Numbered from the stretch's first letter, positions 28,975-40,192 are shown. The stretch is 64,000 nucleotides of DNA from a virus (IMGVR_UViG_3300011115_000879:95568-159567), one strand, 5' to 3'. Numbers and translations: made by a program. The notes: generated from the letters alone by a model not told the origin.

Positions 28975-31431
28975 ATGGGTTTAATAGACTTAAAAACAGA
29001 CCTTAAATCACTTAGGTACGGACAAGATCGTCCTGGAGGGGGAGATAGTGGTCAACCTTACATTAAAACTAATATTAATACTGTTAGTAATGGTAAATTA
29101 ATCAAAATTGATGATGGTTTAGTTAGAGGTGGATTTCTTGGTTCACAAGCAAAATCCGCTACTGATACATTGCGTATTAGTAAATTTTTAATAGACGCTC
29201 CTAGAGGCCCATTATTTATAGTTAAACAAATAGGATTACAATTATCAGGTCCTCGTTTAGAATCAAAAGAATTAAAAGTAGATAAAGCTACTAAGGGAGG
29301 TGGTTTCTTTAAGAATGCTACTAACCTTATATCTAATGTAGTAAATAAAATAGAAAACGCAGTAGGACCTACTCGTATATATAATTTAGGAATAAATACA
29401 TTAGCACAAGTACAAGTAAATGCATTAGGAGGTCATATAGTAAGACATGGTTTTCTACCCATAGAAGATCCAAGTAAATATTATGAATCTGTAGTAAAAA
29501 ATAATGCTGGATTAATAGATGATAATGTTAATCATGCTATAAGCTCAAATAGACTATTAAAACTATCAACCAGATTTTCTCTAGGACGATTTGGAGCTGA
29601 AGAAAATTTAAAAATAAATACAATAATATCTAAGAATAGAAGCATATTCCAAGTAGCTGGTATGTTTCTTCTTAATACAAATCCCCTAATACCGTTAACA
29701 TCATCTGATAAACAATCATTAGCCGCTAAATACGCCACTAGTAAATTCCCAGCATTTAATGGAGATGATGGAATATTAAATCAATATATAGGGGGACCAG
29801 GATCTGTTTATGGCATTGGAAGTACTGTTATTAAAAGAGCAACAGGAGGTGAAACTGGTCAAACAATATCAAAAGCAAATGCTAAAAAGAGAAGTAATGC
29901 AGGTACTATATCAGGAACAAAAATTACAGATACATTTGATTGGGGTATATCTACAATTACAGGATCAAAATATAAGGCCAATGGTAGGTTAACATTTGAT
30001 TTATTACAAGATCCAAAAAATCAACTAAATGGTTCTTTTATAGATAATGTATCTAGTGATAGTGATAGACGTGTTGACTATATCCATAAAACAAACGCAA
30101 TCTATAATGCTAATGCTGAACTTAGATATAATACTAAATTTTACTTTGGCGTTTCAAATTACGCTTCCTCATCTTTAACAAACACAACATTTGATACAAA
30201 TAGATCAAGTAGTATATCTGATAAATCAAATAATAGTCCCATAACATTAAATGATAGGACAGCTATTTCTGATCTATCTGGAGATAAATCGGGGTTATAT
30301 AAAATCCCTACTACTGTAAATTATTATGGTACATTAGGACTATCAAATCAGTATTTTAGTAGTAGTGAAGCGGCGGATGTGGGAGTTAATCCCCAAACTA
30401 AACGTAAAACTGTTGATAATGCTTTTACTAATACATTAAAAGAAATAAATAAGTTAACTACATCTATTACTATACCTAATAATCTTACCACCGCTACTGT
30501 ATCAGCAGGTATATTTAATCCTCAATATCGAACCTATAGAAAAATAATTGATAATAGGCAGTTTAGAGAAAATATAGATGACGGAATAAACGAATTTGGA
30601 ATATACGGTGAAAATGCAACAAACGCTAAAACTTTAAGTTTCTATAAAAACGGTATACTTCCAACCTCTACTAATTATCCAAAATATAAAAATGCATATG
30701 GTGATATAGTAACCCAAAAAATACAATGGAATGAGGCCTCACGCGAAATTAGAATTGGGAGCGGCAGAACTGATAGTGTAAATTTAACACCAATATTGGA
30801 TGGTGTTGAAAGTTATGATGGACAGGATGTAAGGGGAGGTCATGATTATAGAGATTTAGTTAAATTTAAAATACAAGCAATAAATACAGATACTCCTGAT
30901 ACAACATCATTAATGGTATTTAGAGCATATTTAACAGGATTATCAGATAGTGTAGATGCATCATGGCAAGATATAAAATATGCTGGTAGAGGAGATAAGT
31001 TCTACATATATGATGGATTTACTAGAAAAATGAGTGTATCATTTAAAGTAGCAGCATTATCTGTAAAAGAAATGCAACCAATGTATCGAAAATTAAATTT
31101 TTTAATGGGTAATTTAATGCCTGATTATAAAGATAATTTAATGAGAGGTCCACTTGTTAGAATGACTATAGGTAACTATATTGATGCCCAATTATGTAAA
31201 CTAGACTCAGTATCATACACAATACCAAACGATTCACCATGGGAAATAGCAATGGATGAACCAGAAGGTGGAGCTAGAACATTAATATTACCTCATATTA
31301 TAGAAGTACAATTAAGCTTTACTCCTATTGGATCTGAATCTAATGGAAGTAATAAAATACAAAGTAAATCTCAAACTACATCTCATATTGCTCAAAATAA
31401 CACTGGTACTCTGTATCAATATATACAATAA
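28975..31431 (+). CDS. Baseplate/tail-tube initiator protein (gp48/gp54-like C-terminal domain)
   Basis: C-terminal FRAYLT.LSD...A.W....Y.GRG..FY.Y.GF.R..S.SF, P..RMTIG, PWEI tube-fold signature. Confidence 0.6.
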   Translation: MGLIDLKTDLKSLRYGQDRPGGGDSGQPYIKTNINTVSNGKLIKIDDGLVRGGFLGSQAKSATDTLRISKFLIDAPRGPLFIVKQIGLQLSGPRLESKELKVDKATKGGGFFKNATNLISNVVNKIENAVGPTRIYNLGINTLAQVQVNALGGHIVRHGFLPIEDPSKYYESVVKNNAGLIDDNVNHAISSNRLLKLSTRFSLGRFGAEENLKINTIISKNRSIFQVAGMFLLNTNPLIPLTSSDKQSLAAKYATSKFPAFNGDDGILNQYIGGPGSVYGIGSTVIKRATGGETGQTISKANAKKRSNAGTISGTKITDTFDWGISTITGSKYKANGRLTFDLLQDPKNQLNGSFIDNVSSDSDRRVDYIHKTNAIYNANAELRYNTKFYFGVSNYASSSLTNTTFDTNRSSSISDKSNNSPITLNDRTAISDLSGDKSGLYKIPTTVNYYGTLGLSNQYFSSSEAADVGVNPQTKRKTVDNAFTNTLKEINKLTTSITIPNNLTTATVSAGIFNPQYRTYRKIIDNRQFRENIDDGINEFGIYGENATNAKTLSFYKNGILPTSTNYPKYKNAYGDIVTQKIQWNEASREIRIGSGRTDSVNLTPILDGVESYDGQDVRGGHDYRDLVKFKIQAINTDTPDTTSLMVFRAYLTGLSDSVDASWQDIKYAGRGDKFYIYDGFTRKMSVSFKVAALSVKEMQPMYRKLNFLMGNLMPDYKDNLMRGPLVRMTIGNYIDAQLCKLDSVSYTIPNDSPWEIAMDEPEGGARTLILPHIIEVQLSFTPIGSESNGSNKIQSKSQTTSHIAQNNTGTLYQYIQ

Positions 31432-31730
31432 TGGCACGATATTCAAACTCAACAATATTAAAAACATCAACAGGTACACCATATTATAGAGGTAAACTTT
31501 ACCCTATTATGCCATTATCTGAAGATGATAATTATGTTATCACAACAGTTGGAGATAGACTTGATAATTTAGCATATCAATATTATCGTGACTCCGAATT
31601 ATATTGGATTATATCAATTGCTAACAACAATATAACAAAAGGATCAATATTCCCCATACCTGGTACACAATTAAGAATACCAGGAAATATAAACCCATTT
31701 TTAAATCTATTCAGTCAGACCAATAGATAA
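31431..31730 (+). CDS. LysM-like baseplate wedge protein (gp53-like)
   Basis: GDRLDNLAYQYY.D..LYWII..AN......PG.QLRIP. Confidence 0.8.
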   Translation: MARYSNSTILKTSTGTPYYRGKLYPIMPLSEDDNYVITTVGDRLDNLAYQYYRDSELYWIISIANNNITKGSIFPIPGTQLRIPGNINPFLNLFSQTNR

Positions 31731-31735
31731 ATGTT

Positions 31736-34669
31736 ATGTCAATATTTAAAGATACATTTAAAAAAGGAATTAGTGACCAACTAAAGATACGCCAGGATGC
31801 TATAAATACTCGTAGTTTCCAAAATCTAACATACTTAAATTCGCGTAATGCGTGGATTAAAATGACATCTTCCGTTAATGTAGGAGGTACAGCAGATTTA
31901 GCTGTTAAATACATTCTACAGGGAGGAATTTTATCTGGGGGTAAATTAAGATCAGGATTAGGAGCAAATGGAGCTTATAATAATATTAGTCCAAATGGAC
32001 AAAATTATGGCCAAATGGACAATTCACGATCCTTAACAGCAGGAACCTCTGGTATAAGACCAATGCCTGGTATTACTGATATTAATGTTAAATCAAAAGG
32101 AGCCTATGGTTCATTAAGAGAAGTAACAGTAAATTTCCAATGTTGGGATATCCATCAATTAGAAGATCTAGAGCTACTATACATGAGACCAGGATATTCA
32201 GCTTTAGTAGAATGGGGTTGGTCTCCATATCTAGATAATAGCGGTAAACTTATATCTACAGTAGATACTACCCAAGTTAATATATTAAGCAACAGTGGAG
32301 GTAAGAAAACCAAAGAAGATGTATGGAAATCCATATTTGATAAATCATCAACAGATGGAAACTATGATGCTGTATATGGTATTATAAAAAACTTTGGTTG
32401 GTCAGCACGTCCTGATGGGGGGTATGACTGTCATTCTACGCTCATTACTATGGGTGAAATACTCGAGTCTCTAAAAATAAACCACGGTGATTTTACCTCA
32501 AAAATAAGTACAGAAGGGATATTCGGTAAATTAACTACCCCATTTGATGCTGACAGTAGTATTGCTAAATCCTACTCTCAAAACGCATTAGCAGGAGCAA
32601 TCAATGAATTATATTTGATAATGAAAGATAATGAAGCAATAGATAACCTTACAGGAAAATCATTTACCTTCAATTCAGAAACATATAACTTTTTTAGATT
32701 TGACGTTACTGTCGATAATGCTAAAAATACAGATAGCGATTTTGATGATGCTATCCAAATATATATTACTTTAAAAGATTTTATAAAACTACTCAATAAC
32801 CATATTACCCTACATGATAAAGTTAATGGTAAACCAATGGTTGAAGTATCTGTTACTGAAGGTATGCATATGGGTACACCGGGGGCTGATCTCTTATGCT
32901 TAGGACACCCGCTTCAGCTATCAACAGACCCTACAGTGTGTATGATAAAAAACCTAGCATGGACAAACCCAGAAGCTTTAGGATTTGCAGCAGGAACATT
33001 TGATGATTTTTCAACGATAAAAAATATTATGAATGGAATACCAGATGAATATAACTACTGGTATAATAAAGACTATACTACTACTCAATTTGGTATTATA
33101 GGAAACATATATGTTAATTTAGGATACATCTACTCACTAGTAACAAGTGATGACTTAGCATCACAAGATCCTAAAGAAAAAAAAGATATAGCACTGTTTG
33201 ATTTTCTAAAAAACATGATGAGCGGCATAAGTACTGCCATAGGAAATGTAGCTACATTTGAAATATTTGTAGATCCTCAGGATTCAATAGCTAGAATAAT
33301 AGATGTAAATTATGTCGATAGTACAAAAAGAAATGATGCTTACGATAACGCTACTATTATCGAAATGCAAAATACTAAATCAACAGTTAGATCATATAAG
33401 CTAGAATCACAAATATTCCCAGATCAAACAACAACGATAGCTATTGGTGCACAGGTAAAGGGTGGAGCACTAGGTTCAAACACAAACACATTAGTAGATT
33501 TTAATCAAAATTTAATAGATAGAATAATCCCTGTAAAAGAATTACCATCCGTCCAAACAACATCTAATGTAGATGCTGATCTTAAAGAACAAGTAAAGAA
33601 CTTAAAAGATAATGTTGCCCTTATAGTTAGCTTTCTCAACCAGATAGATGCAGATTGGTATGAATATTTTACTCAGGGTGATTTTGACACCAGTAATGCC
33701 TCTAAATATGCTAATGCTTTAAAAGATATTATTAACTTTTATACTTCTCTTGTAAAAAACGATAATAAAAATAGAAGTATTATCCCAACAAAATTATCCA
33801 TTGAGATGGATGGTATCGGGGGATTGGTAATAGGTAATCTATTTAGAATACCAGATGATTTATTACCAAGAGGATACAAGGGGGGAGGTGCAGGCCCCTC
33901 TAAAATAGGATATGTGCTCACAGGAATAGGTCATTCCATTCAAAACAATGATTGGAAAACTAATATGGATGCTCAATTTATCATATTAGATGAACCAAAA
34001 GGAGGATTATCGTTAGCAGATTTAGTTGCTATACAAACTATAACTAGAGCAGTAACTCAGAAAGAAGAAGAGGAAGCTGTTGTAGTAGTTAAAGAGGTAA
34101 AAAAAATAATAGAAGAAAAAAGTAAAACTCCTGTTGTTAAAGGAAGTAAAGGAGGAGGAGGTAATACTGGGGGAGCAACTAAAATTATTAATGGAAAAGT
34201 AAGAAAAAATGGAGATATAAATGACCTACTAGTACCTATCAGATCAGATCTATACAGCAGACATTGGAGCTCAGTATGTCAAAGTGATGGTAAACGTATA
34301 AGATTACAACCCGCTGCTATGCAAAATTTAGAAAAATTATTAACAGATGCATATGCCGAAAAAGTACTCATTAAGGTAAACTCAGCATATAGAACAAGAG
34401 GCGATCAAGATAGAGTATGGGCAGATCACTGTTCAAATGCACCCGGTACAGGAAAATGTAAAAAAACTGGAGAATCAGCAGCAGCAGTTCCCGGAACCTC
34501 AAATCATGGTTTTGGTTTAGCAGTCGATTTGGCCAATTCTGGTGGAGCTAGGATTAATCCAAATAAGACACCTAAAGAATGGAAATGGATACAGGCAAAT
34601 AAACATAAATATAGCTTTCAAAATATTGATAATTCTGGTGAATCACACCATTATAACTTTTTAGGATAA
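31736..34669 (+). CDS. Baseplate hub/spike protein, copy 1, with C-terminal M15-family (VanY-like) Zn peptidase
   Basis: RPMPGIT, V.F.CW...QLE.LELLYMRPGY...EWGW hub N-terminus; C-terminal NSAYRT, AAVPGTSNHGFGLAVDL, ESHH. Confidence 0.75.
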   Translation: MSIFKDTFKKGISDQLKIRQDAINTRSFQNLTYLNSRNAWIKMTSSVNVGGTADLAVKYILQGGILSGGKLRSGLGANGAYNNISPNGQNYGQMDNSRSLTAGTSGIRPMPGITDINVKSKGAYGSLREVTVNFQCWDIHQLEDLELLYMRPGYSALVEWGWSPYLDNSGKLISTVDTTQVNILSNSGGKKTKEDVWKSIFDKSSTDGNYDAVYGIIKNFGWSARPDGGYDCHSTLITMGEILESLKINHGDFTSKISTEGIFGKLTTPFDADSSIAKSYSQNALAGAINELYLIMKDNEAIDNLTGKSFTFNSETYNFFRFDVTVDNAKNTDSDFDDAIQIYITLKDFIKLLNNHITLHDKVNGKPMVEVSVTEGMHMGTPGADLLCLGHPLQLSTDPTVCMIKNLAWTNPEALGFAAGTFDDFSTIKNIMNGIPDEYNYWYNKDYTTTQFGIIGNIYVNLGYIYSLVTSDDLASQDPKEKKDIALFDFLKNMMSGISTAIGNVATFEIFVDPQDSIARIIDVNYVDSTKRNDAYDNATIIEMQNTKSTVRSYKLESQIFPDQTTTIAIGAQVKGGALGSNTNTLVDFNQNLIDRIIPVKELPSVQTTSNVDADLKEQVKNLKDNVALIVSFLNQIDADWYEYFTQGDFDTSNASKYANALKDIINFYTSLVKNDNKNRSIIPTKLSIEMDGIGGLVIGNLFRIPDDLLPRGYKGGGAGPSKIGYVLTGIGHSIQNNDWKTNMDAQFIILDEPKGGLSLADLVAIQTITRAVTQKEEEEAVVVVKEVKKIIEEKSKTPVVKGSKGGGGNTGGATKIINGKVRKNGDINDLLVPIRSDLYSRHWSSVCQSDGKRIRLQPAAMQNLEKLLTDAYAEKVLIKVNSAYRTRGDQDRVWADHCSNAPGTGKCKKTGESAAAVPGTSNHGFGLAVDLANSGGARINPNKTPKEWKWIQANKHKYSFQNIDNSGESHHYNFLG

Positions 34670-34671
34670 TC

Positions 34672-35193
34672 ATGAGGATAAGAATACCACAAAATCAAAT
34701 AATAACAGGTAAATATACTATAGGAAAGGAGTATGTGATATTATCTTCACATACTCCTTATCAAGGGTATTATTATGAATTAAATAATAAAACATTCGCT
34801 GGAAAAGAATTTAGTACTAAAGCTCCTGAAATAATAAAAATATTTTCTAATAAATTTAATTCTTTACTAAGCAATTCAAATACTTCTGTTTATGCTAAAA
34901 TATCTAAAATAAAATTAGATAACCAAACACCATCTTCTATTATATATCAAAATGATTTAAATGTTAGATATTTTTCATATCAAGTTATAAATAAGTTAAT
35001 TAAAGAAATAAATAAAGAAACTTTTGATAGATTTAAAAATAACCCATTATATATTATATTAGAATTATCATACACATCAGGATTTAATGAAATCGAACTA
35101 GATCAAGCCGAGCTTAAAGCACCCGGAATAAAATTATTTGCTCAATCTTCTTATACATCTCCTCTAACAGAAGATGATGGAACTATAGGTTAA
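34672..35193 (+). CDS. Hypothetical baseplate-region protein
   Basis: 173-aa ORF (YT.GKEY....Y.GYYY) between the two hub copies. Confidence 0.55.
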   Translation: MRIRIPQNQIITGKYTIGKEYVILSSHTPYQGYYYELNNKTFAGKEFSTKAPEIIKIFSNKFNSLLSNSNTSVYAKISKIKLDNQTPSSIIYQNDLNVRYFSYQVINKLIKEINKETFDRFKNNPLYIILELSYTSGFNEIELDQAELKAPGIKLFAQSSYTSPLTEDDGTIG

Positions 35194-35248
35194 ACAAAAT
35201 TATTAAATTAAATTCATTCCTAAACATATTAAACAATATATAGATGTT

Positions 35249-38200
35249 ATGTCAATATTTAAAGATTCATTTAAACAAGGAATTAAGGATCAGTTAAAAG
35301 TACGCCAGGATGCTATAAATACTCGCAGTCCCCAAAACTTAACATATATGAATTCACGCAATGCGTGGATTAAAATGACATCATCAGTTAACGTAGGCGG
35401 AACTGCTGATTTAGCTGTTAAATATATTCTACAAGGAGGAATTTTATTTAATAATAATTTAAGATCGGGATTAGGAGCAAATGGAGCCTATAATAATGTT
35501 AGTCCAAATGGACAAAACTACGGGCAAATGGGTAATTCAAGATCATCTACTGCTGGAGCTGGTGGTATAAGACCAATGCCCGGTATTACTGACATTAGCG
35601 TTAAATCAAAAGGAGCATACGGTTCCTTACGAGAAGTAACAGTAAATTTTCAATGTTGGGATATCCACCAGTTAGAAGATTTAGAATTACTATACATGAG
35701 GCCTGGATATTCTGCATTAGTAGAATGGGGTTGGTCTCCATACTTAGACAATAATAATAGTCTTATATATAATGTAGATACATCTCAAGTCAATATATTA
35801 GGTAATAATGGTGGTAAAAAAACTAAAGAAGAAGTATGGAAAGCTATATTTACTAAATCATCAGAAAACGGAAATTATGATTCCGTATACGGTATTATAA
35901 AAAATTATGGATGGTCAGCACGTCCTGATGGAGGATATGATTGTCATACCACCCTTATCACCATGGGTGAAATACTTGAATCTTTAAAGATTAATCATGG
36001 TGATTTTACCTCAAAAATAAGTACAGAAGGGATATTCGGTAAATTAACTACTCCTTTTGCCTCTGACAGTAACATTGCTAAATCCTACTCTCAAAACGCA
36101 TTAGCAGGAGCAGTTAATGAATTATATTTGATAATGAAAGATAATGAAGCAATAGATAACCTTACAGGAAAATCATTTACCTTCAATTCAGAAACATATA
36201 ACTTTTTTAGATTTGACGTTACTGTCGATAATGCTAAAAGTGAGGATAGTGATTTTGATCATGATGCTCAAATATACATTACCTTAAAAGATCTTATAAA
36301 ATTACTTAATAACCACATCATTTTACATGATGGTGGTACACCAATAGTAGAAGTATCTGTTACTGAAGGTATGCATATGGGTACACCGGGGGCTGATCTC
36401 TTATGTTTAGGACATCCTTTACAATTATCAACAGATCCAACTGTATGTCTAATAAAAAATCTAGCATGGAAAGATCCAGGATCTTTAGGATTTGCAGCTG
36501 GATTTACAGATGATTTTTCAACAATAAAAGGTATTATGGAGGGAATACCACCGGAATATGATTATTGGTATAATAAGGATTATACTAAAACTCAGTTAGG
36601 TGTTATAGGAAACATATATGTTAATTTAGGATACATCTACTCACTAGTAACAAGTGATAATCTAGCATCAAAGGATTCTAAGGAAAAAAACGACATTGCC
36701 TTATTTGATTTCTTAAAAAACATGATGAGCGGCATAAGTACTGCCATAGGAAATGTAGCTACATTTGAAATATTCGTAGACCCTCAAGATTCAATAGCTA
36801 GAATAATAGACGTAAATTACGCTGACAGCACAAAAAGGAGTGATGCTTATACCAATGCAGCCATCATCGAAATGCAAAATACTAAATCAACTGTCAGATC
36901 GTACAAATTAGAATCACAAATATTTCCAGATCAAACAACAACAATAGCTATTGGTGCACAGGTAAAGGGAGGTGCCTTGGGGTCAAATACAAATACACTG
37001 GTGGACTTCAACCAAAATCTAATAGATAGAATAATTCCTGTAAAAGAATTACCATCCGTCCAATCTACATCAAATCCAGATGCTGATCTTAAAGAACAAG
37101 TAAAGAACTTAAAAGATAACGTTGCCCTTATAGTTAGCTTTCTCAATCAAATAGATGCAGATTGGTATGAATATTTTAGAGGTGCAGGGGATTTTGATAC
37201 TGATAATGCTTCTAAATACGCTAACGCTTTAAAAGACATTATTAATTTTTTCACTTCACTTACAAAAAACGATAATAAAAATAGAGGTATTATTCCTACA
37301 AAACTATCTATAGAAATGGATGGCATTGGAGGACTAGTAATAGGTAACCTATTTAGAATACCGGATGATTTATTGCCAAGAGGATACAAGGGAGGGGGTG
37401 CAGGCCCATCCAAAATAGGGTACATAATTACTGGTATAGGTCATTCTATTCAAAACAATGATTGGAAAACTAATATAGACGCCCAGTTTATTATACTAGA
37501 TGAACCAATAGGAGGATTATCTTTATCAGATTTAGTTACTATACAAGCTTTAATTAGAACTGTATCTGCAAGAGTAGAAAAAGTATTAGAGGAAGTCATT
37601 ACAGATATTAAAACAATATTATCAATAAAAGGTAAAACTTCTACTAAAAGAAATGGAGGATCCACTACCGTTTGTAATGGAGCTTCAACAGCTACTGTAG
37701 ATCAAGTATATCCTAGATCTGTTAGTTTTTATGGAAACGCACCAGTAATAATACAATTTAAGGCAAATGGTATTCCTAACGTAACAGTAAAATTATCTCA
37801 ACAACCTGAAGTAAAATATTCAAAAACTATCGTAACTCCTCAAGACTATATATTAGCAGCTGAGAAAGTAATAACTAAAATAATACCAGGTGCTAGTAAA
37901 GAAAATAAAAAACAAGTTTTAATATCAGCATTTGCTATAAGCAGAAGTGAACAAGGATATGGAAAAGGTTTTAAAGGATTTAATAATAATCTATCAGGAG
38001 TAGAATCAAGTGGGTTTAGTGTTTTTAGTACATCCGATGTTGTAGGTAAAGTTAAACTTACTGAGGGGGGGACAGGTAAAGTTAAATATTACTATGCCTT
38101 TTCTAACCTTTCAGCAGGATTAACTCCATTAATATCAAGTATTGTAAAAAGAAATATGTTTGCTACAAAAGGCAACCCAGGAGAATGGACATGGCGTTAT

Positions 38201-38332
38201 TATAGAGATTGGAATGGGTATGGTGCTCGAACTAAAACTACATTCAAATCTGACTGTGATGTAGTAGAATCTCTATTATCTATTTATAAAGCCGCTGAAA
38301 CTCAGGTGAATAAATATAGTGTATATAGATGA
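35249..38332 (+). CDS. Baseplate hub/spike protein, copy 2, with C-terminal lysozyme-fold (GH73-like) domain
   Basis: First ~765 aa nearly identical to copy 1. Distinct tip AISRSEQG...FNNNLSGVE...YYAFSNL resembles the GH73 pattern A..ESG.G...NN.FG...F..Y.S. Confidence 0.7.
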   Translation: MSIFKDSFKQGIKDQLKVRQDAINTRSPQNLTYMNSRNAWIKMTSSVNVGGTADLAVKYILQGGILFNNNLRSGLGANGAYNNVSPNGQNYGQMGNSRSSTAGAGGIRPMPGITDISVKSKGAYGSLREVTVNFQCWDIHQLEDLELLYMRPGYSALVEWGWSPYLDNNNSLIYNVDTSQVNILGNNGGKKTKEEVWKAIFTKSSENGNYDSVYGIIKNYGWSARPDGGYDCHTTLITMGEILESLKINHGDFTSKISTEGIFGKLTTPFASDSNIAKSYSQNALAGAVNELYLIMKDNEAIDNLTGKSFTFNSETYNFFRFDVTVDNAKSEDSDFDHDAQIYITLKDLIKLLNNHIILHDGGTPIVEVSVTEGMHMGTPGADLLCLGHPLQLSTDPTVCLIKNLAWKDPGSLGFAAGFTDDFSTIKGIMEGIPPEYDYWYNKDYTKTQLGVIGNIYVNLGYIYSLVTSDNLASKDSKEKNDIALFDFLKNMMSGISTAIGNVATFEIFVDPQDSIARIIDVNYADSTKRSDAYTNAAIIEMQNTKSTVRSYKLESQIFPDQTTTIAIGAQVKGGALGSNTNTLVDFNQNLIDRIIPVKELPSVQSTSNPDADLKEQVKNLKDNVALIVSFLNQIDADWYEYFRGAGDFDTDNASKYANALKDIINFFTSLTKNDNKNRGIIPTKLSIEMDGIGGLVIGNLFRIPDDLLPRGYKGGGAGPSKIGYIITGIGHSIQNNDWKTNIDAQFIILDEPIGGLSLSDLVTIQALIRTVSARVEKVLEEVITDIKTILSIKGKTSTKRNGGSTTVCNGASTATVDQVYPRSVSFYGNAPVIIQFKANGIPNVTVKLSQQPEVKYSKTIVTPQDYILAAEKVITKIIPGASKENKKQVLISAFAISRSEQGYGKGFKGFNNNLSGVESSGFSVFSTSDVVGKVKLTEGGTGKVKYYYAFSNLSAGLTPLISSIVKRNMFATKGNPGEWTWRYYRDWNGYGARTKTTFKSDCDVVESLLSIYKAAETQVNKYSVYR

Positions 38333-38387
38333 TAAACAAATGGCTAAACTCTTATCGTATATTCAATCAAACAAAAGGTTATGAAAT

Positions 38388-39680
38388 ATGTTCTATATCA
38401 TCGAGCGCAAAGACCAATTAGACCAACTTGGACCATTCAACGATTGTCTCGTTAAATTCATCCAATACAACGACAATTATCACCCCAAATTAAGCAAATT
38501 AAGTTTAATCTATATTAGAGATATATCCGAACATAAAGGATATATTCTATGTCTAGATCACAACGAATCATTTGCTTTAAATACAAAAGAAACACTCAAT
38601 TGGTTATTAGGAAATACAGATAGATTATTTGTATTGAATAAGAAAGAAGCACTATATCACTTCCCCTACCCAGATAAACTATATGATGTCAATTTCATTG
38701 AAAATGTAGATTTATCCGCTGTAAATAATAACTGTGTCAATTATTATTATCGCAAACACAACAATTTACCAAACGTCAATACGCTAATTCCAATTAGTAA
38801 ACATTACGAAAACTGCGAGAATATATTCACTGCAATACTACCTACAATACGCAAATATCGCGTTGAAAACGTCGTTTATGCGTTTAATAACGGTCCTTTA
38901 ACGCGTGTATTTCACACAATAGAATCACAAGGTATTACTGTAGACAAACAATGCTTCATCGATTGCTATGGTGCTGATTTAAAAAATCCTGAATTTAACC
39001 TCAGCAAAGGAAAAATATATAGCCAATACAATCTATACACAACTACCGGAAGACCATCAAACACATATAATAGTATCAACTTTGCCGCATTAAATAAAAC
39101 AAATGGTGAACGCTTATGCTACAGACCAGCAAATGATATGTTTATTGAATTCGATATGCAGGGATATCATCCACGCCTAGTAGCTGAAATGATTGATTTT
39201 GAATTTACAGATAAAAACACATATGAAACGCTAGGTGAATTATTAGATGTAACAACACAAGAAGCTAAGGAATTAACATTTAAACAACTATATGGTGGGG
39301 TTTGGGATGAATATAGTAACAAACCATTCTTTAAGGATATTGTAACATTAACAGAAGGGATATGGGATGATTATCAATACTCCGGACAATATCCAACTAA
39401 AAATAAAATATTTATACGTAATGATGAAATGACACAATCTAAACTACTGAATTACATTATTCAGAGTAATGAAACGTCAACTAACGTTACCATATTAGAA
39501 CAAATATTAGACTATCTTAAAGATAAACAAACAAAATTAGTATTGTATACCTATGATGCATTTCTATTTGACTATAGTAAAGTAGATGGAAAACAATTAC
39601 TAATAGATATAACAAATCTAATCAAATACCCAGTAAACGTTAAACAGGGTATATCTTATCACGAACTAAATAAAATATAA
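38388..39680 (+). CDS. Family A DNA polymerase-like protein (short, divergent motifs)
   Basis: TTTGRPS, motif A EFDMQGYHPRL, motif B AKELTFKQLYG, NYIIQS.E, motif C LYTYDAFLFD. Confidence 0.75.
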   Translation: MFYIIERKDQLDQLGPFNDCLVKFIQYNDNYHPKLSKLSLIYIRDISEHKGYILCLDHNESFALNTKETLNWLLGNTDRLFVLNKKEALYHFPYPDKLYDVNFIENVDLSAVNNNCVNYYYRKHNNLPNVNTLIPISKHYENCENIFTAILPTIRKYRVENVVYAFNNGPLTRVFHTIESQGITVDKQCFIDCYGADLKNPEFNLSKGKIYSQYNLYTTTGRPSNTYNSINFAALNKTNGERLCYRPANDMFIEFDMQGYHPRLVAEMIDFEFTDKNTYETLGELLDVTTQEAKELTFKQLYGGVWDEYSNKPFFKDIVTLTEGIWDDYQYSGQYPTKNKIFIRNDEMTQSKLLNYIIQSNETSTNVTILEQILDYLKDKQTKLVLYTYDAFLFDYSKVDGKQLLIDITNLIKYPVNVKQGISYHELNKI

Positions 39681-40150
39681 TGAGTAACAAAATATCATTA
39701 GTGAACAATCCTAACATATTTATGGGTAATGAATGGCAACCCAACACAGATTTAATGAACAAACTATTTTGTACTTTTACCTTACTAATTGACTTAGAGG
39801 AGACAGTAACCGCGATTAACAGGAAATATTCAATATTATTTGGTAAAATATTTATCCTTGAATCACCACAGAGCGACGAATTGATATGCACATACAATAT
39901 CGATACTAACAACATGGCGACAACGCCAATGGATAATACAATCCTATTACATCGTAAAAAGGAATCCAATACATTATACACCATTAATGCCTTAAACACA
40001 TTGATTAAATCATTGAATGAAGGGTATTTAGATAAAAATTACATGGTGAATTGGGCTGACTATAAAAACAGTATATTATTAACTAATGGTCCTGAATTAA
40101 GGAAATTAGATACATCAATCCATAAAATAGTAGATTTTAGTAGAAATTAA
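39680..40150 (+). CDS. Hypothetical protein
   Basis: KLFCTF, ILLHRKKESNTLYTINALN. The true start may be downstream of the promoter motif at 39716-39723. Confidence 0.6.
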   Translation: MSNKISLVNNPNIFMGNEWQPNTDLMNKLFCTFTLLIDLEETVTAINRKYSILFGKIFILESPQSDELICTYNIDTNNMATTPMDNTILLHRKKESNTLYTINALNTLIKSLNEGYLDKNYMVNWADYKNSILLTNGPELRKLDTSIHKIVDFSRN

Positions 40151-40192
40151 TATTTATAGGCACAACCCATTACTTATATTTAATAAAAAAAA

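Noticed and set aside
31736-38332. Diversity-generating retroelement (template/variable repeat) explanation for the duplications
   Set aside because: No reverse transcriptase in the window, and differences between copies are mostly synonymous and not adenine-specific.
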